A stretch of 64,000 nucleotides of DNA from Octopus vulgaris (GCA_951406725.2 OX597824.1:93124001-93188000); one strand, 5' to 3'; shown: positions 26,913-42,112, counted from the stretch's first letter. Numbers and translations are program-made. The notes: generated from the sequence alone by a model not told the origin.

Positions 26913-28329
26913 TGGACGGAATGTAATTGACTTCCCCAGTCCCCAGAAATTATTGGCCTGGTTCCAACATTTGAAAACAATTTATATTTCAACTTGTAGG
27001 ACGGCGAGCTGACAGCACTGTGGGTCTGCCAAGCAAAATACATAGAGTCATTGGGCCGCCTGAACGTTCTGAGTTGAAATTTCTCCCCAGGTTGAACCTG
27101 TCTTTCATCTTTTCCTGTGTGTGTCTTTGTGCTAATTGGTCACACATTGAAACCATTATATATTTTAGTTTTTTAAATCATAGTTTTTGGTTCAATCCTT
27201 GAGTTTTGTGTATTTGTTCCGTTTCGCTTCCTTGTTGATATGTTTATTGTAATCGAAGTACTCCAACTAAACATTTTCCAGGTGTTTACCGATACTAAAC
27301 TTGCGACCATGTTTGAAACTATTTTTGAAGGGACGACCATATTTGAAGCTGCTGACGATTCACGTTTGCTCTTTATCCGTTCAACTTCAAATTAATATTT
27401 GAAGAGTTTGATAAACAGTATTTTTATTATTTTATTTAATTTCATATATCAATACAACATTAAAAAGCACTTTTGTAGAACAACATGATGACGCATATTC
27501 CGATAATCACACGTCTCTGTATGTAGCCAAATGTCTCATAAGCTCACCTCCACGATACTTAACACCCAAGTACCAATATCACGATCTAAGTCTCCTCTGT
27601 AAATCAGAGCATGTCCTGCCTTAATGTCAGTTTCTCTGTCCGAGGTTTTCGGCCATTTGAGGTCAACAACAGTATGGCGGTATATGCAACTGGATTCGCT
27701 TCAGGAATGTCTTTGTATCCGTTGAGATTATATAAAATATAATCTGTCAAGCATTTTATTCAGAACCACCACCATCGTTTTGGCTCATTGATACATACTT
27801 ACATATATACATACATAAATACATATATGCATATGCGTGTGTGTATTTGCGTGCGTGTATTTGTGTGTGTCGTTGTGTCTACCTTTGTCCCTCATCACCG
27901 CTTGACAACAGGTGTTGACATCTTTACGTCGCTGGAAATTAATGGTTCATTCAACAATTCAACATACAAATACAATACGTTACAGGGTTTCAAAACGTGA
28001 ATGCTGAGTTCGATTCATTCAACTATAATTCCTCAAGGCGGTGCTCCAGCATGGCTGCAGTCTGATGATTGACAGAAGTAAAACCTAGAAGGTAAAAGAT
28101 ATGACCAAATCGATGCTTGAATTTTCAGAATATGTTTATTGCAGATTATCAGGGAAACAAACACCAGGAAGATTTCTAAACTTGAGTGCTTAAAAATGAG
28201 TGTTTGTTTAGTTTACTCAACCACGAATCCATTTTACCCGTCGATTATTCCAGTGAGAATCAGGGTGGAGATGGTCCCCGGAAACTCTTGTATACGGTTT
28301 TATCAAAAGCAAAAAAACCATTTCATTTT

Positions 28330-28570
28330 CTGGCTGCATCCCCAAGCGTGACCTGAGACTAGAGACATTCCCTAACAATCGCCTCCTTGTTCTACTATTA
28401 AATCTCTAGCTGATGGCGGAGATAGAATCCTCAGTTACTCCCTCAATAGTATCAGACACAACTCTCAGTACACTTTAGACTGGATTTCTAAGCATGGCCA
28501 ACAGAGCTATGGATATTATCCAACCATCTAGTCCTTGGTTTCCTTTCGGGTTGCCTCTTAGTTGCGTAGA
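28330..28570 (-). mobile_element. RTE-type LINE 3' remnant
   Basis: Minus-strand translation KRQPERKPRTRWLDNIHS resembles the RTE ORF C-terminal R.RGRP..RW.D.I motif. Confidence 0.55.
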
Positions 28571-29344
28571 TTTGACTATTCAATTTTACCATTTTTTCCT
28601 GTCCTGTTCTGTCATCTTAATGCGGAAAAGCTAGTACCGGATATGACTCAGTTCTATAATGCATACAAGCTAACTACATACGCTATTCACATCGCCACCC
28701 TGCTAAATTATCATATGATTTTTTTTTTAACAAAGACTTCAAATATTTTCTCTTGTACAATAGAGTTAATATTTTGTCTTTCTAAAGTATTGTGGAATTG
28801 ACTTTATGATAGGTTGTTCTCTTTTTTAATCGAAGAATTTTACAAAGAAACCGTGTGATTCAATCGTATTTCATATTCGTCGGTTTTCATAGTAATGTGT
28901 ATTTACAAATAGTCTAAGAATATGTGAGAACAATGTCAAATAATATATTATGATAGGTAACATAATGTTCTGTTGCTGTCTTCTAGTCGATTAAATAGAT
29001 AAATCCTAAAACATCACTCTTCCATTTTTATGAAATTAGTTCTTGGTTATATATTTTGGTAAGAATGAAGTGAAACATACGCGCATACACGAAAACATAT
29101 TACGCCCAGACACTTCTATACGTAGGTTTGTGCGTATATAAGAATGTATTGAATACTTATACATTTATGTGTGTGTGTGTGTGTGTGCGTGTGTTTGTAT
29201 AAGAATATAAGTATATATATATATATATATATATAAACATAATACAAGACATATATATACATATATATATAAATATCTATCTATCTCTAGACATATATAT
29301 GTATATGTATATCTGTCTGTCTATATATATATTTTTCTGAATAG

Positions 29345-29396
<52 letters not shown>

Positions 29397-29401
29397 GTAT
29401 C

Positions 29402-29433
<32 letters not shown>

Positions 29434-29806
29434 GATATATATGATTATATAAATACATATCCATATATATATATATGAATATCTATCTATCTATCTATCT
29501 AACTATATATATATATATATATAGGTATATGTACTAAACACATCGCCTCTAGCTAAAGTGTACCTAACCTCAATTAACTCAATAATCTTGACATAATGTG
29601 GTACAGAATGAACTTACATTTTTATAGCAATATAAATTCCTGTTAACTTTATACGCTACAGTGTTAAAACAATTTAAATCAAATATGTGTATATATATGT
29701 ATACGTGGGGTGAAGAGCATTTATGTGTATGTGAGTGTATGCATCTATGTATGTTTATATATTTGTAGTACACAAAATATCGTAGACATCTCTTATTAAA
29801 AAAAAG

Positions 29807-30184
29807 TGTTAGATTTTCCCTCTTGATAATACGGCAAAACTTTCATATTTTTCCATTTTCTTCTACGTGTATATCTCAAATTGTATCATTATGAATTTTA
29901 ATATCTAACTGTCTATCTATTTATCTATTTTTCTATCTGTCTATCTACATACACACACACATACATACATACATACATACATACATACATACATACATAC
30001 ATACATACATACATACATACATACATACATACGTACGTACGTACATAAATAATGAGATATTTAAGAAGATAGACCGAGAGATAAACTGATAGACCCATAG
30101 ATAGACAGACAATCAGATAGATATAATTTTAAATAATGCAATTTCAGATATATTTTGCCGTATTATCAGGGGGGAAATCAAACA
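29807..30184. mobile_element. Foldback/MITE-like element with a microsatellite core
   Basis: TGTTAGATTTTCCCTCTTGATAATACGGCAAAA versus the reverse complement of TTTTGCCGTATTATCAGGGGGGAAATCAAACA; a second inner inverted pair; (TATC)-rich versus (GATA)-rich arms. Confidence 0.65.
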
Positions 30185-30436
30185 TTCATATATTTATACG
30201 TACACACACTGATAGACATGTAGACAGACACGCAGACAGATAGAGAGATAATGAAGTGGGCATATATCCTAAAAAATCGATGCTGTTACTTTTCAGTATT
30301 CTTGAATATTTTCCTTCCTTAAGAAATCAGATACTCTCACTTAGTGATTGACTTCCGTATCTCTTTAACCTGCTCAAACTAATCCACAGAAAAAGCAAAT
30401 TGTATATTGACGTCCATCTCTATCTATAGGATGGGA

Positions 30437-30816
30437 AGCACTCCGTCGGCTACGACGATGAGGGTTCCGGTTGATCCGAATCAACGGAACAGCCTGCTCG
30501 TGAAATTAACGTGCAAGTGGCTGAGCACTCCACAGACACGTGCACCCTTAACGTAGTTCTCGGGGATATTCAGCGTGACACAGAGAGTGACAAGGCCGGC
30601 CCCTTGAAATACAGGTACAACAGAAACAGGAAGTAAGAGTGAGAGAAAGTTGTGTTGAAAGAGTGCAGCCGGGATCACCCCATCCCCTGCCGGAGCCTCG
30701 TGGAGCTTTTAGGTGTTTTCGCTCAATAAACACTCACAACGCCCGGTCTGGGAATCGAAACCGCGATCCTATGACCGCGAGGCCGCTGCCCTAACCACTG
30801 GGCCATTGCGCCTCCA
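30437..30816 (-). mobile_element. SINE family C, full-length
   Basis: Near-identical to 25892-26274 in reverse orientation. Confidence 0.92.
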
Positions 30817-31179
30817 TATATCTAAACACACAGAGAATAGGTGCTGCGAAATTATGACTAGCGGGAACATCTCTGAAGCCTCTTATTCTTATATCTTCAA
30901 ATAACCGTTATAGCCTTTAGTTATAGTTAATACCTAACTGGTCTCACATCTCTTTTTCTCATAAGGATAAATATTTATCTCCTTGATTCAATTCTGCTAT
31001 TTGTATTCTCAAGTTCTTTGTAAATCTTTTGTTTATACTTCTTATACAGATATATATAATTAATTTAATTAATTTCATTAATTCAATTAAACCATGAATT
31101 TGCATGATTCTTATATCTCTGTACGAAACGGTCGTTTTCATGAATTAAAATCCTCATATATTTTAACATCTTTTCTTCA

Positions 31180-31543
31180 TCTATATATATAAAGCTGAAG
31201 TTGTCTGTGTGTGTGGCAGGTTTGGTATTCTTCAACTAACACTATCTCTGAGATCCTGCGGCGCAAGTTGACCAAAATTGAGAGTATGATAGAAGAAGGC
31301 TTGCTCTTCATTCCATAGAAGATAAAATACAAATTGGACCATGTTAAGACCAAAAATTATTTACATCAAAAACGTGTAAAAAAGATTTTTGACTGCTGTG
31401 TCGCCATTTTTCGTTGTATTTCAACCAGAAAAATATTCACTTAAAGAGAATAACAAGTTACATAATGCAACATTTTTACTTTTCAAAAATTCCAATTCTA
31501 AAGTGTCGAAACAAACCCGAGCAACGCTGGGCGATACTGCTAG
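31180..31543 (+). mobile_element. Non-autonomous Helitron (364 bp)
   Basis: 5' TC(TATATATATAAA), 3' CTAG preceded by the GC-rich hairpin CCCGAGCAACGCTGGG, inserted between A(31179) and T(31544), no TSD. Confidence 0.8.
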
Positions 31544-31829
31544 TTTTTAATAAAATTGTTGAGTTTTGTGAGATTTATTTCCATAAATACACAACACATC
31601 ATATACACGTATTATTTTCATATTCGCAAAGTTACGTCTGTAAAACTAGGAGCAAAATATGAAGAATTAATATTATAAATTTTTTGTTTGAAAACATCCA
31701 AATTAATAAGGAAAACCTCCTTATTAATTAACCTGTTCAATTTCCACTCATTAACTTTTAAAAATATATATATATTTGTAAATGAGTGGAAATCGAACCG
31801 GTGTGTTAATTAAAAAGGCATTAAAACAG

Positions 31830-32145
31830 GAGGCACGAGGTTGGGATATTCGGCTCACGATTGTAAGGGCGTCAGTTCAATTCCCGTTGAGGCGTTGTAT
31901 CCTTGAACAAGACACTTTATTTCACGTTGCTCCTGTGCACTCACCAACAAAAATGAGTAGTACCTGTATTTCAAAGGACCAACCTTATCACATTCTGTCT
32001 CACGCTGAATCTCCTTAAGAACTGCATTAAGGGTACACGTGTCCGTGGAGTGCTCAACCACTTACACGTTAATTTCACGACAAGGCTGTTCCGTTGATCG
32101 AAGCGGAAGCGACTGGGTCTCCCGTCGTTATAACCAACGGATTGC
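31830..32145 (+). mobile_element. SINE family D (TCCTTGA.CAAGACACTT body, family-C tail)
   Basis: Matches 44408-44738. Confidence 0.8.
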
Positions 32146-32759
32146 TCCTAAAACAGAATGGACTACCCTCCTAGAACCATCAAAATATGCTTCAACACAC
32201 GAATTTACATAAATAATCTTGCAAAGCAGATACAAAAACGAAGGAAAATATATAAGTATTTTCGAAAAACTCTTTTCTCCCGTAGGCACAAAACTACCGC
32301 AATTCGTCAAAGCCCTCAATTTTTTTTTTTAACTTATAAAAACCAACTTTTCTTAATTTTTCGTTATGAATTTATAACATTTAAAATGTACCATTAGTGT
32401 AAGACAAGTGCTTCTTTACTTTTGCACAACAAATCAAATCTTTCTTAATAATTTTAATGCTGGTCTTAAGGCAATTTCAATATTGTTAATCCAAGAGCGA
32501 ATTTTATGTTTTGTTTTAATACTAATCAACGTCGAAAATTCGGATTTACAAAAATACGATGTCACAAATGTTAGAAGAGACTAAATCCCTTCAGAAAACA
32601 TTAAAATTCACCACGAACATCGAACCTAAAAATCATTTAAGATTTTCAAAGAAAATTCAAGTCCGGGGAGTTGAGTCACCTAAATTTTTTCATATATTCT
32701 TCATGAACTTTGAATGGGAAATATTTTGTGCCCTTCAGTTTTTGTGAGTGAATTAAGAG

Positions 32760-33150
32760 AGCGAGCTGGCAGAATCGTTAGCACGCCGGGCGAAATGCGT
32801 AGCCGTATTTCGTCTGCCGTTATGTTCTGAGTTCAAACTCCGCCGAGATCGACTTTGCCTTACATCCTTTCGGGGTCAATAAATTAAGTACCAGTTACGC
32901 ACTGGAGTCGATATAATCGACCTAATCTGTTTGTCTGTCTTTGTTTGTCCTCTCTGTGTTTAGCCCCTTGTGGGCAGTAAAGAAATAAGTATTTCGCATA
33001 TGCTTTATGATCTGAGTTCAAATTCCGCCGAAGTCAACTTTGCCTTTCTTCCTTTCGGAGTCGATAAATTAAGTAACAGTTGTGTACTGGCTCGATTTAA
33101 TCCCCTCCCACCAAAATTACGGGCCTTGCGCCCAAAGTAGAAAAGAATTA
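32760..33150 (+). mobile_element. SINE family A dimer
   Basis: tRNA-like head, body and LINE-like tail (to about 32990), then a second body with the AGTAGAAAAGAAT end. Confidence 0.9.
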
Positions 33151-34514
33151 AGTCTGAATTCCTAACTCAAAATCTTGAAGTTGGTAAAAAGAAAAAAAAA
33201 TGCTTGCGCTAACAATCGAGATCTTAGGAGCTAAATATTGGTTGGTACATTTGGCAAAAGGACAGCAATTTCGGGAGGACGTGTGAGGCCATTAAAACGG
33301 GGTCAGTAATCAGGTAACCCTTATTTCATCGACCCCGAAATGGGGAAGCGTAAAACAGAACACGGACGAATGTGAAATCAGACGGAAAAGACTTTCAAAA
33401 TTTTAAGAATTTTTGTCCAACGGGTTAACGATTCTGTCATCTCGCCGCCATCTTATAATCTTAAATATTACTGTATAATAAACGGCCCCTTTCCAGTATG
33501 TGAAATCACGCTTAAAAGGTAATCCGTTGTAGCTGCTGCCAAAAAACAGAATGGGATTAAAATTAAAATTAAAATAGAAAATATTATTTTATTATGACGC
33601 CATCTTGCGGCCTGCTTTTTACTAAATTTTAAATATTTGAACCTCTGTTCTTAAATTTTTAATGGCAGAATTTGTATCATTTGCAAGACAAAATCGCCAT
33701 AACCAGCAAATAATGATACTCTGTTAGGAATATAAAAACAAAAAAATACATTATGAATTGCATTTGAGACACCCGTGATTTTTTACCCAGCTTTGTGATA
33801 ACCCGGTGTGCAATACTGGCGTTTTTAAGTAATTGAAATTAAAACGTATGCATGCACATGCGCATAAATACAACAGATCACATGCTTACGCACGTACACA
33901 CACACACACACTATATATATATATATATATATATAATTTGCTGATTCGATTCTAGATTTATGCAGTTTTGTATTCAATAATATTTTCAAAAGTCTTTAAA
34001 ATGTAAAACGTAATCTGAATGCGTTCTATTGAATGAATAGAAACCAATTTCTTTTCTCCCTTCTAATTTGGATTTAACGATCTGTATTGTATACGTCTTA
34101 ATTACTGAGTTGCTAATGGAGTGGTTTAATTCAGATCAATGTGTTTGGATCAGGTATTGTTTCATTATTATTGGATAAATCAGTCAAATAACATTGCTTT
34201 ATATATGTTTGTTTTTGATTTCTATTTGTAATTGAATATCAATTAATATTTAAAAACGATATAGTTTTCGTCTGTGTCGGTGGTTTTATAATGCCGGAAT
34301 TGTAAACTTCAACTAGAATGGGTGGGCAATCCAGATGGATATGAGAGACGGAGGAAGGGGAAACGGAAGAATTTGAGGGAAACAGGAATGAATGTTTAAA
34401 CTGAAAATATTGAACAAAACAGTGTGGGTGTCAATTTACTTTATAAAGGAAAAAAATGGAAAGAGAATCGCCGGAAATACCTGGATAACACCACCAGCCA
34501 ACAGCTGCAAATAC

Positions 34515-34571
<57 letters not shown>

Positions 34572-34588
34572 TACGCATGTGTTTGTAT

Positions 34589-34681
<93 letters not shown>

Positions 34682-35493
34682 GACACCCACGCTGAAATAA
34701 CTACCAGTTGTCTTCTCTGATCAAATAAATTCATGTTTAATCAAAAGCATTCCATTTATGACCATCCTAACACATGAAATCTGTCTATGGTCACTTTATG
34801 TTATATGTTGTCATTTGTTCCAAAATCGCCTCGGAGAAAGTAAACCGATAATCAACGAAGTTCCAGCCATGCCAATCCTGTTTTTTTCTTAGTACGTACT
34901 AGAACATTTAGTTATAAACTGGCCGGTGCATTTATCAACGGCGGTAAAGGATTATTTTATGGGAAGTTTTTTTTCTATACGATCGAACCACCACGTATCG
35001 GCGCCGCTTTGGCCATAGACCTTACATACCTTTGAGATTTTTTAAACGGCATTTCAGTTCAGCTTGATGAAAATTATGATTTAGGAGAAGCAAGTTCAGA
35101 ATCTCTCATTTTAAGAGGATAGTTTGAGATTTTAGAATATTTGGATTCTACTTGTAATCTATGAACTGTTGAATAAAAGGTTCGTTAGTTGGCTCTAGTT
35201 TTTCTTCATTAAAATGGGCTTCGATGAGATGATGGCTTTTTGTTTTCCACGTCCTTCAGCATATCGGCGCAAACACAAGAGGATTCCTGTTTGTTGAGCT
35301 AATAACTAGTCATACACTGGTTTAATTTCGAACATCAAAACCCATTTTTGGAAACGTTTGCTTTTGCGCGCCTATGTTAATTTGGCGCGTCTAGAAACCA
35401 TATTCAGGTTTTCAGTGAAATATAGGGACAGCTATGGTCATTATATTCTTTCGTTTCACAGTCAAGATATTAGCAATATATTACTGCTTCTTT

Positions 35494-35830
35494 GTGAAGG
35501 CGCATAACTCAGTGGTTAGAGCGTCGATTTTACGATCGCGAGGTTGTGAGTTCGAAACCCGGACCGGGCTGCATGTTGTGTTCTTGAGCAAGACACTTTA
35601 TTTCACGTTGCTCCAGTTCGCTAATCTGTAGAAATGAGTTGCGACGTCGCAGGTGCGAAGCTGTATCGGCCTTTGCCTTTCTCTTGGATAAAACTGGTGC
35701 CCTGGAGAGGGGAGGCCAGTATGCTTGGGCGACTGCTGGTCTTTCACAAACAACCTTGCCCGCACTTGTGACTCGGAGGGTAACACACTAGGTGCAATCC
35801 CATGGTCAGTCATGACCGAAGGGGGTCTCA
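35494..35830 (+). mobile_element. SINE family E (D-type head and body, distinct tail), 11-bp TSD
   Basis: TSD ACTGCTTCTTT at 35483-35493 and 35831-35841; tRNA-like head; TTCTTGAGCAAGACACTTT body. Confidence 0.88.
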
Positions 35831-37606
35831 ACTGCTTCTTTAAAAAAAAAAAACATATCGAGATACACCTCGACAGACATGACGGTTAAAACTACAATTT
35901 CCTCTTGGTGGTCAGAGTATTTGAAATCTGTTGCCAGTACCAGTAAGCTAGCACACATTCATATGTTTTAGAAACGATTTAACCACCCTAGCATCGTTTT
36001 TTTCTCTCCAGGTATTTTTCAATCTGTTATTAGCACCTGTAAATCAACACCATTTCACACGTTTTTCTCTGTAATACGAGGAAATTCTTACCCGTCACTG
36101 CATCTTTTTACCACCATTCGCTCACAAATTTTCACAATCTGTTTTCTTGGTTCTCCTTATATAATGAATTATATATTTCAAACATCAATTTATATTTATT
36201 TATTTTTTTCATTTCCAATTTTCATTTTTATTTCATTATATATTTTTCTTTAAATTTTTATATTTCATTTTGTTCAAATAACACCTCCGCCACCCCTCTC
36301 AATCTCTATCCTCACACACCCCCGACTTCCCCTCATTTTCTCTCTCGTTCTTTGTCTTCTTTTTCATATTTAGTTTTTTTTTCTTTCTACCTTTCTTTTT
36401 AATTAATTTACTTTTGCTTCCTTTCCAGCTTTTTTTTTATATATCTTTAATTTTTACGTTGTATTTCTATTTTAATTCTTGTTATTATTGTTTTCCTTAA
36501 TTTTTTTTTTTTTTCTTTATTTTCTATTTCTCTCTCGCCATCTCTTTGAATCGTGCAGACAGATATTAACTCGTATAGTTTAATAAATTCCCAACAAAAT
36601 TTTTAATTTATATCTCTTATTCTTTACATATTTGTTCTTGATATATTCGTTGTTGTTGTTGTTGTTGTGACTGATGTTGATATAGTAGTTACTAGTAGAT
36701 GTTGTTATTGTTATTGTTGCTATTGCTGTAGATGTCTGCTACCTCTCTGGTTCATCGCAGTAAATATATAACAATGTTTTGTTTTTTTATTTTTCCTTCG
36801 TCTACTTCATACTAAAGTTTAAACCAGGTTCGAAATATAAATCATTTATTTACATTTTTTAAAATCTGTATTGTATTATTTACTTCTTTTTACAATTATC
36901 TAATTATATTTTCTCACTGCGTACATCTATATTGTTTTCCTTGTAACAACAAGTGTATATTTGAATGCATGTAAATATACGCATACGTACATATTTCTAT
37001 ATATTTGTGCGTATATATATTTCTATGTAAATATGCAGATCTCTATGCTATTGTATGTATATATATATATATATGTGTGTGTGTGTGCGTGTGTGTGTGT
37101 GTGTGTGTGAGTGTGTGTGTGTGTGTATATGTATATATATATATGTATATATGTGTATGTATGTATGCATGTATGTATGTATCTGCGTCTATGTGTTTGC
37201 GTGTGTTTTGTGGGCGTCTGCGTATATATATGTAAATATACATTCACACTCACATATAAAGAGAGAGAGAGGGAGAGAGAGAGAGCAAGGCCAGGAGGGA
37301 GAAAAGGGTCTACAAGTGCATATTTTAGCTGTTGTTATTGTTGGTATTTAGTTTATCTCCAGGCCTACGTTCATTGAGTAACATCTTATTTCCAAACAAA
37401 TATATTGCTTTTCTAAACGCGGTTCGGTCATTTTGGAAGTACCATAATTCTCTCATGTGAATGGCATGGCAATCCATACGATATATATCAAAGCCAACAA
37501 TGCCCAATGTCAAAGGCATTCATTCCAACGTTAATGTTTCATTAGGAGTATATTAGGGATGCGGCAAGTAGAGAGGTGCCACTAATTTCATAAAGTACTT
37601 CAGATG

Positions 37607-37790
37607 TACGGGGTATCGGCTGAAAAGGTCGGATGCTGAACAAAACACTTTCATGAAAGGTCACCAAATGATTCGTTTTTCAATATAGTCCTTCATTGTG
37701 GCCTACACAATTCTTCAATCGCTATTGCAGTCCTTGGATTCCATTGCTGAAGAATCCTTCATTCTGTTGGTCAAAATGTCGTCAACTCTG
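37607..37790 (-). mobile_element. Tc1/mariner 3' end remnant
   Basis: Minus translation FDQQNEGFFSNGIQGLQ*RLKNCV../DYIEK matches the mariner transposase C-terminus; TIR-like TACGGGG...CTGAAAAG end. Confidence 0.7.
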
Positions 37791-37999
37791 TTATAAAGCC
37801 AGTCCGAACTGAAAACAAATATCGCAGTGGATCAGAAATAGCGCGAGACTGGGGTGTAGTTGCCCTAACATTTTCGGCGAAACGGTCAGCCAGACGTCGG
37901 CCAGTTTTTCCAGTGTACATGGAGTAGCAAATTGATCAGGAAAAGATTCTGTGAAAGAGAGACGGAGGGAGGGAATGAGAGAGGACCTACAGAAAATAA

Positions 38000-38421
38000 T
38001 TCTTTTCTACTCTAGTCACGAGGCCAGAAATTTTGGAGGGAGGGGTCCAGTCGATTAGGTCAACCCCAGTACGTAACAGGTACGTAATTTATCGGCCCCG
38101 AAATGATGAAAGGCAAAGTCGACCTCGGCGGAATTTGAACTCAGAATGTAAAGACAGATGAAATACGTTAAGCATTTCGCCTGGCATACTAACGTTTCTT
38201 ATTTCTTTTTTGCCCACAACATAGAGGAGACAAACAAGGACGGACAAACGGATTAAGTCGATTACATCGTCCCCAGTGCGTAACTGGTACTTAATTTATC
38301 GACCCCGAAAGGCTGAAAGGCAAAACCGACCTCGGCGGAATTTGAACTCAGAATGCAACGGCAGGCGAAATAGCGCTAAGCATTTCGCCAGGCGTGCTAA
38401 CGTTTCTGCCAGCTCGCCACC
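38000..38421 (-). mobile_element. SINE family A dimer
   Basis: Two bodies, reverse complement of the 32760 arrangement. Confidence 0.88.
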
Positions 38422-38665
38422 TTCCTACTGAAAATAATTGAGAGAGCGAATAGTAATGAGTGCAAGAGATGCACGGAAAGGTTACAAATCAGGCAGAAAG
38501 GCAAAGTGGAGTAACAACATAAGACGAATGATACAATAAGTGAAATAATGGCAGAAAATAAAATACGATTGAAATTCAGAAAGTATGTTTAGAGAGTAGG
38601 TGATTGGACAAATACAGAGGAAGTGGGGAAATGGTTAGTGATAAGACGCGAGGTAGAGGGCAAGA

Positions 38666-39044
38666 GGAGGCGCAATGGCCCAGTGGTTAGGGCAGCGGAC
38701 TCGCGGTCATAGGATTGCGGTTTCGATTCCCAGACCGAGCGTTGTGAGTGTTTATAGAGCGAAAACACCTAAAAGCTCGACGAGGCTCCGGCAGGGGATG
38801 GTGGTGATCCCTGCTGTACTCTTTCACCACAACTTTCTCTCACTCTTACTTCCTGTTTCTGTTGTACCTGTATTTCGAAGGACCGGCCTTGTCACTCTCT
38901 TTGTCATGCTGAATATCCCCGAGAACTACGTTAAGGGTACACGTGTTTGTGGAGTGCTCAGCCACTTACACGTTAATTTCACGAGCAGGCTGTTCCGTTG
39001 ATTCGGATCAACCGGAAACCTCGTCGTCGTAACCGACGGAGTGC
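38666..39044 (+). mobile_element. SINE family C, full-length
   Basis: Family match; imperfect TSD AGAGGGC(A/G)AGAGGA. Confidence 0.9.
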
Positions 39045-39724
39045 AAAGAGAGAGAGGGCGAGAGGAATTAGCAATGGATATTGAAATCAAAGAGGTGTGA
39101 ATTGGATAAAAGAATGTTTGAGAAGGGAATGTTGAGGAAATTAGATATTATGAAGGGCGAATATATAAGCTGGAAGAGAAAGAAGTGGAGCAAAAGAGCA
39201 GAACAGATTAAAGTTTGACAGAAAAGGTGTTAAGACAGAATAAATGTTACTAGTTGACCATTTATTTAGGAAGATAAAACAAACGATGTTTACAGAACAT
39301 TTCCCTGGAAAAACGTGTGAGAGATGTATAAATTATGAATTTTAAAAATTTACATTTATTTAAATGATAAGGAATTGAAATATTATTGTTAAGAATAATT
39401 AAAATGACGATTATTCAATTTAATATTCATAATATGAAAATGAATTTCCAATAAAAAGAGTTTGAGTTTGTGGCAAACTAAGATATATAGGAGAAGGCAA
39501 GGAAAGTAAAGAGAAAGTGAGAGAGAGAGAGGGGGGGAGAGCAGTGAGGGAGTTAGCACACTTGGTTGAAGAATAGAAATCTGCTGTAGATAGTGAGGAT
39601 GGGTAACAGAGGAGATCAATGGCTGAGTGTATGTCAGCAGAGAATTGAAAAACAAGGGAAGAATATAACAGAATTGTTAGTTATTTGGCACACACAAACA
39701 TGTATATATATTAGTATATATCTA

Positions 39725-39813
<89 letters not shown>

Positions 39814-39830
39814 TATATATATATATATAC

Positions 39831-39929
<99 letters not shown>

Positions 39930-40021
39930 TATATATATGTATATATATGTATGTATATACATATGTGTATATATATGTATATATATACATATATATATAC
40001 ACATATTTACATACATATATA

Positions 40022-40073
<52 letters not shown>

Positions 40074-42112
40074 CACATGTTTATGTATGCATGTGTGTGT
40101 GAGTACAATGCAGCGTTTTAAAATGATTAAAATCACCTAAGGTTAATAATTAAAATAAAGTCATTCAACTGACACAAGATTTTAATATATTTAAAACATA
40201 TTTTAAAGGTAGATCTAGTTAGATTTATGGAAATACGACTCAGAGTGGGAAAATGTTCAGCGGTGAAGAACGATGCCCGATAAGAATATTCACAAAATGG
40301 AGAAATACAGAGGCAGAAATTCTGCCTTGTGGGTTTCAAATTTTGCCACAAAACCAGAAATTCCAAGGAGGGGCGTAGTCGATTACATCCATCCCAGGAC
40401 TTATTCTATCGAACCAGAGAGGATAAAACACAAATTCGACTTCGGCTTAATAGGTTCCCAGAGTCTAAATGCAGATGAAATTTCGCTAAGCATTTTACCA
40501 GGTGTGCTTAAGGTGGTGCGAGCAGGCCACCTTCGGGTTTGCCATTATTGATATCAGCAGATGGTATAATGATCTGAATATATGCAAGAGGAATAACAAG
40601 TGGGACATTTCTGTAGAGTCATCAGACAAATGTTGCTATTGACAGAGGCTATCTGTTGCCCAATTGTTATCCACCAATAATGATTTAAATATGAATATCT
40701 CACCTGTAAACCATCATTATTTAATAACCAGTAAACAATCCTAAACATACGATACAAGTCTCAGTGTTTGTTGTCTCAAATGTTTCTTATCAACTAACTT
40801 AACTTAACTTATCGGAGAAAAGAAGCTCAATATTCCTGCCACATGTATGACCTTCCAGCAGCAACTTTCTCCAGACCGATTTCGACTACTGTATCCAGTA
40901 GCCTCACTTAGCAGCCTTCAATAGCGTCACATAGCAGCTGAACAAATCCTATTGGCCAGGGCTTCATAGTCTTTGCTGCAAGTCACCTCTTACAGCTTTT
41001 ACGCTGCTCGCAGTCCTATGAGCGTCTGTCATGATGACGTCATTTTGACACTCGGTGCAATTCGTTATGATACAGGTTGCTCTTTTCCAATATCCAGATC
41101 ATTGCTTTCCTACATGTTGAATAATAACTAGAAAATTAATATCTATGCTTTCCAACGACGTAGACTATTCACAAACAATCCTCAAATGTTGTACGAAGGC
41201 CCTGTATATATATATACTTTTCTCGCTGGATTACGTGGTCGTTTCTCTTTTTGTCTTCTGTAATTTTATTTTTGATGTACCATATATATATATGAATTTT
41301 TTTTCCTCTGTTTGGCGGTTTTTCTCTCTACAAAACAGTACGTTACAGTACGTTACATTGAGGAACAGTCATTTTAACGAGTTGCTTTTTCTTATTTATC
41401 ACACAACGAGATACATCTGCACCACCGGATGCTCCTGAACCAGTTGTCGCGTGTCCCACAAGAGGAATCGATGCTAGATGTGTCGAAACGATTGTGATTA
41501 ATAATAAATTCTCGTATATTCCATCTTCTGTCTTTCATTTGTTATATGTATACATGTATGCACGCATATTACATACATGTGTGTCTGTGTGTGTGCATGT
41601 ATGTATAAACACCGTTTTATACGGAGAAGGCAAAAATAGTGAAACTGATTAGAGAAGGTTTACTAATAGTTAAAATCCAAACGAGAAGCAGGTAACACAA
41701 CGCTTAAAGTCAAGCAGAACTTAACTTTCATCTGAAGGTGTTAAAAACATATTCCTCGCGTATTTTCGTCTAACAGCGATTATATGAAGATCATACCGTT
41801 ATGACCAATTAATTCTGTGATGGAATCGGTCTGTTTTTGATTCTTAATGGACAAAGTGGATTCAAGAAAAATATTGGCGAAGGCTAAATAGATAAAGAAT
41901 AACAGCAAAACACGAAAAATATTGCTTTTGCGACTTTGGTATAATTAGTTGACAGAAAACTTATATACAAAAATATATGGGCGAATATACGTAGGTGTTA
42001 GGATACATGTGCGTGTATCTGAGTATGTCTACTTATCTATATATGTATTTAGACAAACACAAACGCAAACATATATATATATATATATATATATATAGAT
42101 AGATAGATAGGC

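Noticed and set aside
27281-27394. Acceptor followed by VFTDTKLATMFETIFEGTTIFEAADDSR...
   Set aside because: No good donor before the stop; part of the pattern is a short tandem duplication.
38675-39001. 108-aa ORF recurring at 26023, 30481 and 61298
   Set aside because: Fortuitous ORF within SINE family C.
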